Below, piece by piece: positions 31,230 through 42,996 of a DNA stretch of 64,000 bases. The position numbers and the translations under genes were made by a program. Each line of letters opens with the position of its first letter. Positions within the stretch are counted from its first letter, which is position 1. The DNA is taken from NCBI GenBank assembly GCA_964016885.1, contig CAXHJY010001268.1, positions 1 to 64,000 on the forward strand, given 5' to 3'. The stretch is from Eledone cirrhosa. Lineage: Eukaryota. Under the pieces are notes generated by a model. The model was given only the letters and a program-made list of their open reading frames with translations, was not told the origin of the DNA and did no database searches.

Positions 31230-31567
31230 AGGTGGTAATTTGGCAGTCATTAGAATGTTGAATAGAATGCTTTGTGGTATTCGTTTCAGCTCTCTTCTCT
31301 CTGAGTTCAAATCATGCCAAAGCCAACTTTGTCTTTCATTCTTTTGAGGTCGATAAAAAAAAAAGTACCAGTCTAGTACTGGGTTGATTCTTCCTCTATA
31401 TCTCTTTCTCACTTCCTCTCTCTCACTTTCTATCCTCCTTTGGAAGAAATCTGTTGTATTCAGGCCTGGACAGGGATGCGGTTTGCCAGGTTTAAAAATG
31501 CCCTAAAAAATGCTGTATGTCAATATGGCACCCCTACAACTACAGGAGTTATGGGACCATACCATAC
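31230..31567 (+). mobile_element. Deu/Nin-like SINE with extended 3' region
   Basis: Homologous to 30424-30740; another partial copy follows at ~31575-31720. Confidence 0.72.
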
Positions 31568-31989
31568 TCTCTTAGGTGGTGATTTAATCATTTGACCGTT
31601 GAATAGAATGTCTTATGGTTTTTATTATGGCTCTCTGTCTCTACTCAAATCCCACTGAGGTCAACTTTGCCTTTCATCCTTTTGATGACAATAAAAAAGT
31701 ACCAGTCCTGTACAGGGGTCGATTTTTGCTTTATATCTCTTTTTCACTTCATCTCTCTCATTTTTTGGAAGAATTTGACTGTTTTCAAGATAGTAATGTG
31801 TGATTTAAAGGAGATTTAGCTGCTATTTCTAGCATTTTGCATGATCACATAGAGGCTCTCTCATTAGTTTGAGGCTACTGCTGTTGCTGATGTAAGATGT
31901 CATGATATTTAGTTCCAGATCAGTCTTGATAGACCTATACTCACAAATGCCTTTCTGACTCCACCCCTTTCAATTACTGATGACATAAA

Positions 31990-32200
31990 GGATACAGTAT
32001 ATTTATTCTAAAACAGATAGTATGTGTGTAAATATTGTACAATACAGTGTACCTATTCTAAATCTGATAGTATATATGTAAAGAGATATAGGGATACAGT
32101 GTATCTATTCTAAATCTGATAGTATATATAAAGAGATACAGGGATACTGTGTACCTATTCTAAATTTGATAGTATATATGTAAATATTGTACAATACAGA
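31990..32200. repeat. Minisatellite, ~48-52 bp unit, about 4 copies
   Basis: Recurrent ATACAGTGTA.CTATTCTAAATCTGATAGTATAT. Confidence 0.8.
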
Positions 32201-32409
32201 GATGTTTTATCTCTAAAGATGGTTAATAGAAAAAAAGAAAGAAAAGAAAAATTAAATTATAGCTATATTGATCCATCTAAGGGATTTGTTGTCTTTCAAC
32301 ATTTTAATATCCAGGTAAATATTATAAAAAAGTAATTAGGTTTGTGTTTTGTTATTTTAAACTTAGATCACTTTTTCTAATGATATAATTCTTTGCTCAG
32401 TTTTATGTA

Positions 32410-32815
32410 TCATCATCATCGTTTTTACATCTGCCTTTTCATGCTTGCATGTGTTTGACAGGACCTACTCAGCATGGCATTTCTCCACTTGTTGTGTTCC
32501 TTCATCATCTCCTCTGCCAGTCTTAGTGATTTGAGGTCAACTCTCACAATCTCTGCCCAATGATGTTGGGGTGTTACCTTGTAGTTCTTTTCATGTCCTT
32601 ATATTTCAGCTCTCACAATCTCTGCTCAGGTCATTCTCTACTGCTGCTTCCTTCCACTGGGATTTCTTTACCCATCAGACATCGACCACGTGCATCACAT
32701 GTCCATACCAACACAATCTTCTCTCTTGCACACCATCTCAGATTCCCTTTAAACCCAGCTTCTCTCTTAGCTCGTCCAAGCTCTGCCTTTCTCTCACAAA
32801 ACCCAACCAAAAGCA
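32410..32815 (-). mobile_element. Old RTE 3' fragment
   Basis: Minus strand encodes a degenerate RLCWYGHVMH...PVEG segment and ends in a (TGA)n tail; similar to 56770-57240. Confidence 0.65.
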
Positions 32816-32853
32816 TGACAGCAATAAACATCAATGTTTTTCTTTTCTTGCAG

Positions 32854-32973
32854 GAATGGTATTTATCTGTCGTTAAAGATCAATGTTTTGGTGCAGAGCC
32901 CAACACCAGGGAGTGCGCCTTGCTCTTACAAAAGCTTGACTACTCTGATATTTTGGCAGTTATCATGGCTAAG
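32854..32973 (+). CDS. HTT: Huntingtin coding exon (3rd in window)
   Basis: ttgcag|EWYLSVVKDQCFGAEPNTRECALLLQKLDYSDILAVIMAK|gtatac; compare DWYVHLVKSQC. Confidence 0.94.
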
Positions 32974-32989
32974 GTATACATTTTTGTAC

Positions 32990-33270
32990 ATCATCATCAT
33001 CACCGTTTAACATCCATTTTTCGATGCTAACATGGGTTAGATGAGTTGTCCCTTTGTGAGACAAGTCAGATCAGGTGACCGTGTCTTGCTCATAGAGAAC
33101 TGTTTCTGGTTTGGTTTCTATGGCCGGATGCCCTTCTTAATGCCAACCGCATTTACAGTGTAAGCTGCGTGCTTTTTGCCACGATGCCCACACAGCTACT
33201 TTACTGTGTGGGCTGGCCACTTCTTGTAGTGTCACCAACATGACCACTTTACAGTGTGGGCTGGATGGTT
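32990..33270 (-). mobile_element. RTE-3'-UTR-related non-autonomous fragment
   Basis: (TCA)n, CATGGGTTAGA, GGATGCCCTTC and 48-bp units as in the RTE 3' UTR; similar copy at ~34580-34880. Confidence 0.7.
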
Positions 33271-34213
33271 TTTTATAATTGTTTTGATTATTTATATTAT
33301 TGATTGTCGGAGAAGGATGACTGAATCAGTAGTTATACAAAGATAATTTTGTATTAAGTTTCTATTTTCACAATCTGCTGCGATTAACTTCACCTTTCAT
33401 CCTTTTTTGGTTTGAATAAAATAAAGTAGCACTCAACGATCTCTGGCCTTTTGTCACTGTGAGAAAGTTGACCTTTCTATGTTCTGAGATTCCATTGAGG
33501 TCAACTTTGTCTTTCATCCTTCCGGGGTTGATAAAGTACCAGTTAAGTAGTGGGGTTGATATAACTGACTTTCCTCTTCCCCTAAAATTGATGGTCTAGT
33601 GCCAATGTTAGAATTATTATTATTGTTATTTTGGGCAATGGATTGGCAGTATCAGGAGAGCATCAGACAACATGCTTTGCAGTAGTTATGGCCTTTTACA
33701 TTCTGAGTTCAAATCCTGCCGGGGTTAATTTTGCTTTGCATCTTTATGGGGTTGATAAAATAAAGCGCCAGTAATTGTTGTTATTGTTATTTTTAAGAGG
33801 CTGTTTTAGTTTGCTTAAAGCATTGTGTAAAGTGTAGAAAATAGTGTTTTGTTTGAAGACTACAATAATGTGAATTAGATAGTAAATGGTTAAAAATATA
33901 ACAATGATGTTGGGGTGTTACCTTGTAGTTCTTTATATGTCCTTATATTTCAGGATAACATCCCTTCATCAAAAGGTTAATAAAAGAAAAAAGAAAACAA
34001 GTTTGGAGCTCTATAGTTTTGACAGCTCCAAACTAATTTCTTCTTTTGATGAATGGATGTTATCCTGAAATATAAGGAGGACCAATAAAATCTTGAAGGC
34101 AACATCCCAACATCATTGTTATCATATTTTTAACATTTACTGTCTGATTCACATTGTGGTAGCCTTCAAACAAAACACTATTTTTGATGGTTATTTTTGT
34201 TTGTTTTTTGCAG

Positions 34214-34432
34214 GAGTTTAGCCCTTCTATTTTGAAAGAGTGCATTTCATTAGGCACACTTTGCACCCTTGAACAACATCGCATGGATGAGATGTCCTCG
34301 TGTATGCGTGGTGAGCCTGTGAGTATGTCACGTTCAACCGAAGTTACGTATGAGCCACTCTTCCAAGCAGCTCAGCTCATGCTTTTCCGACACATTAACA
34401 GTGTTATTAACATGCTCCCTGTTCCACATCAG
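34214..34432 (+). CDS. HTT: Huntingtin coding exon (4th in window)
   Basis: ttgcag|EFSPSILKECISLG...LFQAAQLMLFRHINSVINMLPVPHQ|gtaatt; compare EFNLSLLAPCLSLG...LFEAAR...QQLPAVHH. Confidence 0.95.
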
Positions 34433-35100
34433 GTAATTTTTTTAATTTCACTCTATTAATCTCATATTCAGATCTTTCTACAATATTTAGTACATCAACA
34501 CTGTTTCAATCGATTTGATGTCAGGTTGTCATCTGATGTCTTATTCCTGGATATCTATTTAGTACCTTACTGGATTCATTATCATCATCATCATCATCAT
34601 CATCATCTCTATTTAACGTTCATTTTTCCAGGCTAGCATGAGTTAGACAAGTTGTCTTGTGAGACAAGCCTGGTCAGATGACTGTGTCTTGTTCATACAG
34701 AACTGATTCTGACTTTGTTTTTATGGCTGGATGTCCTTCCTAATGCCAACCACCTTTGCAGTGTGTACTGGGTGCTTTCTGTTATGACACCAACGTGTCA
34801 ACTTTACAGTAAGGGCTGGGTGCTTTTTGTTGTGTCACCAACACGACCACTTTACTGTGTGGACCGGGAGCTTTTTGTCGTTACAAGCTAGGAAATTGGT
34901 AGTGTTGTTAGAGTGTAATGTAAAATACCATGCAGTATTTATTCAGCATCTCTACACTCTGAGTTCAAATCCTACCAAGGTCAGTTTTCTTTCATAATTT
35001 TGGTAGTTAATAAAATAAAGTAGCAGTCCAGGGTGGTGCAATGGCAGAATTATTAGTATCAGGCAAAACATCTTGCAGTACTCATTCTAGCTCTGTGGCT

Positions 35101-35300
35101 TACTTGAGTGGTAGACTTAATCTGTCACCCAGTTTAACACCACCATCTCATCCTTGGGTTGATTGACTTAATCTGTCACCCAGTTTAACACCACCATCTA
35201 ATCCTTGGGTTGATTGACTTAATCTGTCACCCTGTCTAACACCACCACCTGGTACTTGGGTGGTAGATTTAATCTGTCAACCAGTTTAACACCATCAGCT
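35101..35300. repeat. Minisatellite, 51-bp unit x4
   Basis: GACTTAATCTGTCACCC.GTTTAACACCACC starts at 35114, 35165, 35216 and 35266. Confidence 0.9.
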
Positions 35301-35695
35301 CTCCTTTGGTTGTCTTTAGGAGAGTCCTCTCTGTGGCAAGTATTCAGGCCTGGTCTCTAGTTTGAGAATTCCTTCCTCCCTTCCTTCTTTCCACCAGTCT
35401 CAGGGCCCCAGAAAAGTGTCATGTACTCCCCCTCTTCTCTCTTACGAAACAGTAATAAATATATAAATAAAAAATAATAAAAAAAATCTAGAAATGTAGG
35501 TCGGTAGTTAGGATCCAGCCTGGGACACACTGTAGGTAACCCTAGGTTTTTAGTTTTTTGAGCCATTATGACTGAGACCATGCTGGAGTACATAGAAAGA
35601 GACGTTTTTTTTTTATTTTTGAAAAATTATAATTTTATATTACATCTATTTTCAACTTTATTCCTGTGTTTTTTTTTTTGTTTTTTTTTCTCCAG

Positions 35696-35923
35696 GTCCT
35701 TGTTGATTTCCCCCCTCCTGGAATTCCTATGAGTCCTCGTGAGATCCAATACCAAGAGAAAATGGAGGATTTCTTTATAGATGCTGCTTGGATGGATGCT
35801 GTGTTTCAGTTTGCTGCCTCACTGCTACAGTATCTACAGTCATTGATGTTGTTTCCATGGCAACCGGCAGTGCCACAGGAGTCACAGACAGATGTCTGCC
35901 GCTTTATCATACTAACACTAGAG
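35696..35923 (+). CDS. HTT: Huntingtin coding exon (5th in window)
   Basis: tccag|VLVDFPPP...FIDAAWMDAVFQFAASLLQYL...DVCRFIILTLE|gtaaat; compare FGDAALYQ...LAQYL...IVKFVVATLE. Confidence 0.95.
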
Positions 35924-35946
35924 GTAAATACTTATTATTATTATTA

Positions 35947-36355
35947 GGGCACTAGATTGGCAGTATCGGTAGAGGGTCGGACGCCAAGCTTTGCAGCATA
36001 GAGTTATGGCCCTTTACGATCTAAGTTCAAATCTCGCCGAGGTTAACTTTGCCTTTCATCCTTATGGGCTCGATAAGATAAAGTACCAGTCATGCACTGG
36101 GATAATTACGGGGTTTGTACCAAAAGTAGAAACAATTATTATTATTATTAGCAGTATCAGTAGAGTGTTGGACGACATGCTTTGCAGCATAGAGTTATGG
36201 CTTTTTAAGTTCTAAGTTCAAATCCCGCTGAGGCTGGCTTTCCATTTTCTCCATACAAGGTCGATAAAATACAGTACCAGTAATGCACTGGGGTTGTTTA
36301 ATTGCCTTTCCCCTATCCCAAAATTGCTGATCTTGTGCCTAAATCAGAAACCATT
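35947..36355 (+). mobile_element. Two tandem Deu/Nin-like SINEs (35947-36135, ~36150-36355) in (TTA)n
   Basis: Same family as 16639-16825. Confidence 0.85.
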
Positions 36356-36414
36356 ATTATTGTCACCTCAAAGGTGGGATTGGTTGAGTCATAAAATCAT
36401 AGAACACAATGCTA

Positions 36415-37672
36415 TGTGGCATCTGATCCGGACTGGTCTATTCTGGATCAATCCCAAATTATCTGTTCTGGTGACAATCTGATCTGGATTGCTCTGATCC
36501 AGATTGATCCCATATGATCTGGATCAGTCAAATCCAGATTAGCCCCATTTGATCTGGACTGGTTCAATCTGATTCAGATCAGTCCCATCTGATCTGGATT
36601 GAAACGATCTGATCCAGACAGGTCCTATATGATCTGGACTGGTCCAATTCGTATTGGTCTCATCTGATCTGGACCGATCCAATCCGGGTCAATCCCATAT
36701 GATCTGGACCAGCCCCATCTGACCCAGACTGGTTCAATCCAATATGGACTGGTCCTATCCAGATAGGTTCCATCCGATCCTAATTGGTGCTATCTGTTCC
36801 GGATTGGCCCCATCCTATCCAGACTGGTGTCATTGATCCATACTGGTTCCATCTCATCCAGCCTGGTCCCATATATTACAGGCCTAATATGGTTCAGTCC
36901 CATATGATCCAGATTGGTCTGATCCAGACCAGTGCCCTCTGATCCAGTTTGGTACTCCCTGATATGAACCTGTCTCATCCGAACTCAACCGGTGCCATCT
37001 GATCTTGACTGGCCCCATCCCATTTAGGTCAGTCTTATCTGATTTAAATCTGTTCTGTTGCCATCTAATCCAGATTGGTCCAATCTGGATTAGTTACTTT
37101 GAACCAGATTGATTCCATCTGACCCAGACCAATCCCATATGATCTTACCAACACAATCTGGATCGGTCCCATATTACCTGGATTGGTCTGATCCAGATTG
37201 GCACCATCTGATCCGGTTTGGTCCTATCTGATCCAGATCGGTCTCATCTGATCTCAACCGGTTCCATCTAAATTAGACTGGTTTTGTCTGATCCAGATCA
37301 GTCCAATGTGGTCCGGATCAGTCCAAGCTGATCCGGATCAGTCCAAGCTGATCCGGATTAGTCCAATATGATCCGGGCTAGTCTGATGTGGTTCAGTGCC
37401 ATCTGATCTGGATCAGTCCTGTCTGGATTGATCTCATATCTGTTTTGGTTCAATCTGGTTCAGTCCCATCTCATCTGAATTGGTACCATCCAATCTGGAC
37501 TGGTTCCATCTGATGCAGACTGGTTCAAACCAATCTGGATCAGTCCCATATGATCTGGACTGGTCAAATCTGGATGGTCACATCTGATCCGGACCAGTCT
37601 CATCCAATCTCGACTGGTTCCATTTGATTCTGACTGGTCTCGTCCGATCTTGACCTGTCCCATCCGATCCAA
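36415..37672. repeat. Degenerate minisatellite of ~20-bp CTGATCCAGACTGGTCCCAT-like units
   Basis: Continuous reiteration of GATC/TCCAG/CTGGA/GGTCC pentamer-scale motifs over ~1.25 kb. Confidence 0.85.
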
Positions 37673-38004
37673 TCTTATTCAATACTCGTATGTTTCTAAT
37701 AATTTTTTGAAAATGTTTAAGTGCCCTAATATTTTCCCAATGCCAACATAATGAAAGATGCTTATATTAAAGAGTGTTTAAAGTCAAAATTTGTACTGAA
37801 CACCTCATTGTTTCATGAAAGATAATATAAAATGTCAATAGGTAAACATTTCTCTTTTATTAAGGTAAAAGTTATATATAATTCTTTCACCAAACATCTC
37901 AGAATTCTTGATTATCTTGAAAATTAAGGAACACTAAAACAGGATGTATTCTTGTTAGAAATTTGGTGATAAAAGGTTATATTTTTTAAATGTTATTTTT
38001 TCAG

Positions 38005-38182
38005 ATGATAAATTGGCTTATCCAGCATTCTACACTTCCTCCATCAAACCAGATCCAAGTAGCTCTAGAAGGACTCTCTGTTGTGTTACAGAACCCCCAG
38101 CTTGCTAGTGTGGTCGGACAAAAAGATCACATAAGCTGGGCCTGCACTTGTGTGAAGACTGTCTATCGTTTATTAGAATCCT
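38005..38182 (+). CDS. HTT: Huntingtin coding exon (6th in window)
   Basis: tttcag|MINWLIQHSTLPPSNQIQVALEGLSVVLQNPQL...VYRLLES|gtaagt; compare [21 protein letters not shown]...LQLPGL...VHFILEA; ends phase 1. Confidence 0.94.
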
Positions 38183-38768
38183 GTAAGTTAGAAGTTACTG
38201 TTTTCTTTCATTTTTGAATATTCCTGAATGAGCAGAGTTGTTAGAACGTCAGATAGAGTGCTTTGTAGTATTCAATTTGGCTCTGATCTCTGAGTTGAAA
38301 TCCTTCTGAGGTCAACTTTGCCTTTCATCCTTTTGAGTTTGATAAAAAAGAAGTACCAGTTATTTAACTCCAAGTTAACCCTGTAGAAACTATGTTAGAA
38401 TGTATTTATGGCTGTCAAATATCTATATGTATGTATTTATGTGTGTGTATGTATGAATGGCTGGCAGGTGTGTATGTATGTGTGTGTATGGCTGTCAGGT
38501 TTGCAGGTGTGATGTTTCCACAAAATCAAAGTTGAGATTTCGACACACAAAAGAAGAAACAACAGTTATGCTGTGAGTTACTGCTGTGTTCAGCTCTGGA
38601 GAGATGATGTGCTCTGCCAAGCTTAAAATGTCCAAGAAATGCCATATTCCCCTACGACTCCATCAGGAGTTATGGGACCATACCATTAAATATCTCATAA
38701 TGTAGTGAATGTTTATCTTTTAACTCTGTCTTATTTCTTTAACACTCATTGTAATTTTTTCTCCCCCC

Positions 38769-39130
38769 AAACATTCACTACATTATGAGATATTTAATGT
38801 TATGGTATGGTCCCATAACTCCTGATGGAATTGTAGGCACGCTGTAATGTAATACTGCGTTTTTTGGTCATTTTAAGCCTGGTGGAGCCCATCTCCTCTC
38901 CAGGTCTGACAACAGCAGATTTCTTCCAGAGAATGATAGAAAGTGAGAGAACGGAAGTGAGAAAGATTTAGAAGTGGAATTGACCCCAGTACTAGACTGG
39001 TACTTGTTTTATTGACCTCGAAAGGATAAAAGGCAAATTTGATCTCAGCATGATTTGAACTCAGAGAGCCAAAATGAATACCACAAAGCATTCTATCTGA
39101 CATTCTAATGACTGCCAATTTTCCACCTTT
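38769..39130 (-). mobile_element. Extended Deu/Nin-like SINE, inverted relative to the copy at ~38230-38715
   Basis: Reverse complement of the family at 30424-30740. Confidence 0.75.
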
Positions 39131-39254
39131 GAGATAGTACAACAATAATTAAAAAGAAATATTTTGTTAGAAAATAAAGTACATGTCAGATGGATAGAAC
39201 TGGATATGGTTTCTTTTTTTCGTTTCTTTTGTAATTGAAAAAAAAATTTGTTTA

Positions 39255-39604
39255 CTCTCGGGTCTCAAATAATTGCCACCCAGCCCCTTATTTTTCAGAT
39301 TTTTCCACCTGCTTATTAAATTTTGCTCATCTATTGCTGGTGAAATTTTATTTTAAGTGGTCACATTCCTGCGACAATTAATTTTCTTTATACATTAAAA
39401 AACATAAATGAAACATAAATGAAAAAAAAGAACATTACAAGAAATCCCATGTTATAAAACAAATAGGATGGGTTGGAGTCTCAATATGTAAACTAAATGA
39501 CTAATTCTGTTTTTTTTTTTTAAATCAAGGAAGATAACCTAGAAAAATTGATTTTCCTACCCCACTGCTTATTCCAGCTCCCCCTATTATTTGGGACCCA
39601 AGTG
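39255..39604. mobile_element. Tc1/mariner-type MITE with TA TSD
   Basis: TA|CTCTCGGGTCTCAAATAAT...ATTATTTGGGACCCAAGTG|TA; 19-bp TIR with 3 mismatches. Confidence 0.7.
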
Positions 39605-39665
39605 TAGTAGGATCTACATAATTTCTTTCTTTTCCCCATTTATTGTATATTTTCAATGATTATAG

Positions 39666-39746
39666 TGATGGTTCTCCCTGGTATGAAACTGGCCATTCTA
39701 CCCAACCAAGATGTCCACGATGATCAGCCAAAACAGAGTTTTGATG
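39666..39746 (+). CDS. HTT: Huntingtin coding exon (7th in window)
   Basis: tatag|(L)MVLPGMKLAILPNQDVHDDQPKQSFD|gtaaga; phase 1-1, fits between its neighbours; compare VAVQPGEQL. Confidence 0.85.
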
Positions 39747-40487
39747 GTAAGAATACTTCAATATATTGCATTAAGAAATGCTTTGATCTTGGACAAACTC
39801 AAATACAAATATGAAAAAGTAGAAACTTGTCTTTATATATATATATATATCCTAAACGGACGGTAGTCCGTTTAGTAATATTGTTGTGGTCGTGTTTTCG
39901 TTGGCAATCGTCTGTTTACGACAGTACAGTGCGGCTCTACTTTATTTAACTGACATAAAACTTATATGAGCATGAACAGTAGATCATTACGCATCTTTTG
40001 GCTTAAAAATCTAGAAATTTGGTCCAGTGGGAAAAAGTTTATAATCAAAGTTTGCTGATAAATCTTGTGTTCAAGTGAGTGAATAGTAAGCGTGACGCTA
40101 GGGGAGGTAATCCAGAAATGACGACGTTTGGAAAAGTTTAATTACTGCATGAAAGAAATGATTCAAAAATTGAACTTGCCCAATCTTCACAACATTGAAA
40201 ATTGGTCAAAATTTGACAAATCTGACTTCAAACCAGATATGATTCATTTGAACAATGTTGGAAATCTTAAATTGACACAAATTTTTGCCAATGTTTTTGC
40301 CACCTGATCCTTGTTCTATGGCTGACTGACTAATTTTGTGACTTAATAAAATGTCATCATACTAGTAAGGCACAATGGTCATTTTTAAATTTAAATGTTA
40401 TTAAATAGTTGTTGCTTGCATTGCCTTAAAATAGTAACAAGAATGTACACATACTTTTTAAAAATACATCATTATCAGTCAAATCAG

Positions 40488-40808
40488 TCAAATGTCACTA
40501 AAAGCCAGCTGGTCCATAACAACTTCTATAAGATTAGTTACATGCTCACACATTGGATCACCTCTCATCAATGGCATTGGGTGTCTGAGATAATCGTGGA
40601 GATAACTGATGAAGTCACAAATGAAGTGATGGTCTTCCAGTGTGAACAACTCCCTATATCCATTGATATATGTGATGGCTTCCGATTCATAGGTGCATTT
40701 TATGAGGAATTCCATGCATCCGATTTTCAGTGATTCAATGGGCATTTTATCAGAGATGATAAGGTATTTGACCACGTTTTGCTTTGTAAGTAAATTGGAG
40801 AGAATCAC
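40488..40808 (-). pseudogene. Antisense ORF resembling the BACK-like region that follows the BTB domain in SPOP/BTB proteins
   Basis: ILSNLLTKQNVVKYLIISDKMPIESLKIGCMEFL...NGYRELFTLEDHHFI resembles SPOP-type [33 protein letters not shown]...SGWKSM...HPHLV (recalled). No ATG start in frame and an upstream in-frame stop. Confidence 0.5.
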
Positions 40809-41119
40809 TGCAAGTCAGTCATTTCTTTGCATGGGTTTTTGTCCATTCTAAAAAGTTAAAATGATAAAGTATTACTACTATATAACTTACATCTATTGTT
40901 GTAACACCATTGAAATGCACAAGTTTCACTAATTCACTATTATGCACTAATCATCTCAAATGCATTCATGATTAACTAGCTTTGTCATTAAGCCAGTTGC
41001 CTCAACTAGATTGCAATTATACTCAAAAGAACTTTAAAATGTCAATCACTTGTCAGTAATTCACTATGATCATTTAAGTATTAGATAGTTGTTGCTTGCA
41101 TTGCCTTAAAAAATAGTAG

Positions 41120-42160
41120 ACCAGATAGAAAAATGCATACAGCAAAAAAAAGTAATATTGTTGGAATATAAACCTTTAAAAATACAGGACAAGAAACTAA
41201 AATAAAACTTTAAAAGAATAGGACAAGAAACTAAGATAAAACTTTAAAAGAATTGGACAAAAAACTAAGATAAAACTTTAAAGAATTGGACAAGAAATAA
41301 AAAATGTTACAATAATATTAGTGGCAACATTTTTTTATTCGTTTCCTGTGCTATGCCCCAGTATTTTCTTGATTAGTGCATAATAATTGTCATGCTCTCA
41401 TTGTGCGTTGCCCCTGAGCGGTTGGTTCTGGTTGGGGTTGGTTGGCTGAGCAGTTCTGCTCCGTCAGAATGACCATTGCAAGAAGAATTGGCCGATGCAG
41501 CTGCAGGTCTCCTCCAAGAATGCACTTCTGGTCCCACAACACCAGACGAAGATGGAGAAGACGACCGGGACAAGATGTCGACTCTGACCACCGACTACGG
41601 GACCTCCCTCAACCACCGGTCCTCCCTTCCTCTGTCCCGTCATCCCTCCAGTCCTCCTGCTCCCCCTTCCTGTACCAGAAAGCTGTGGCACGCATTCATC
41701 TGGACTGCTGGACTTGAACTCAAGGACAAGATGCAAGGAGAAGATGGATGGGTTGGTCAAGATCAAGGATGAGCGGGACGACAAGATCTGTGCTCATGGG
41801 CCCATGGGTCCATTCACATTATGCATGACACATGAGGCGTGTCGCCGAATGATGAAATAGGGGTATGGTTATGGCCCAATTGGTGTTCAAACCAGGATCA
41901 AATGATCCCCCCGGTTTGACGACGGCCTCTGAATGTGGAACCCAGAGCCTATGAATGTGGAACTCGATTTTTTACCAATAAAAATTTTGCCACTAATATT
42001 ATTGTAACCTTTTTTATTTCTTGTCCAATTCTTTAAAGTTTTATCTTAGTTTCTTGTCCTATTCTTTTAAAGTTTTATTTTAGTTTCTTGTCCTGTATTT
42101 TTAAAGGTTTATATTCCAACAATATTACTTTTTTTTGCTGTATGCATTTTTCTATCTGGT
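41120..42160. mobile_element. Element bounded by ~180-215 bp inverted repeats with a GC-rich core
   Basis: 41120-41336 is the reverse complement of 41980-42160 apart from one extra ~34-bp internal unit. Confidence 0.75.
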
Positions 42161-42256
42161 ATACATTATGTATATATACATTATGTATATATATATATAT
42201 ATACATTATGTATATATATATATATATACATTATGTATATATATATATATATACAT

Positions 42257-42295
<39 letters not shown>

Positions 42296-42340
42296 TATGT
42301 ATATATATACTGCTGGGGGCCAGTATTGCAGTGGTAATAA

Positions 42341-42528
42341 TTGTTTCTACTATTGGCATAAGGCCAGCAATTATCCCAGTGCATTACTGGTACTTTATTT
42401 TATCAACCCCGTAAGGATGAAAGGCTAAGTTAACTTCAGTGGGATTTGAACTCAGACCATAAAGGGGCGTAACTCTATGCTGCAAAGCATGGCATCTGAC
42501 CCTCTACCGATACTGCCAATCCACTGCC
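42341..42528 (-). mobile_element. Deu/Nin-like tRNA SINE
   Basis: Reverse complement of the 20320-20503 family. Confidence 0.88.
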
Positions 42529-42996
42529 TACTGCTAGTAATAATGGTGTCGTATCTGCTGTTAACTTTTTGACCAACCGGATGAAAGCTTCCTCACCAAT
42601 GGGATCCAAGCACTGCAACACCAATGGAAGAAGTGTGTGGACCGCAAGGAAGACTGTTGAAAAATAAACCTTATTTGGTCATAGTCCATGCTCTTCTAGG
42701 CATGTAATGTAATGTGTGTATTTAATGTGTAATGTGTATATTACATGTGTAATGTAATGTGTGTATGAATGGTGGAGCACAGATGAACTGAGAGATAAAA
42801 TTATAAAAAAATTATAATCTTTTTAAAAACCATCTCAAATATATTTATACATGTGTTGTAGTATTTCCTCTGATAGAATACCTCCATGTGAACATTTATA
42901 CATGTTGTAGTATTATGTTCTCTATCTGTCTTCCAATAGATTACCCCCATGTGAACATTTATCCATGTATTATTTTCCCTATTTGTCTTCCAATAG

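Noticed and set aside
32560-32853. Long in-frame ORF extension upstream of the HTT exon at 32854
   Set aside because: Made of antisense RTE remnant and a templated insert; the canonical acceptor at 32853 and HTT similarity start at EWY.
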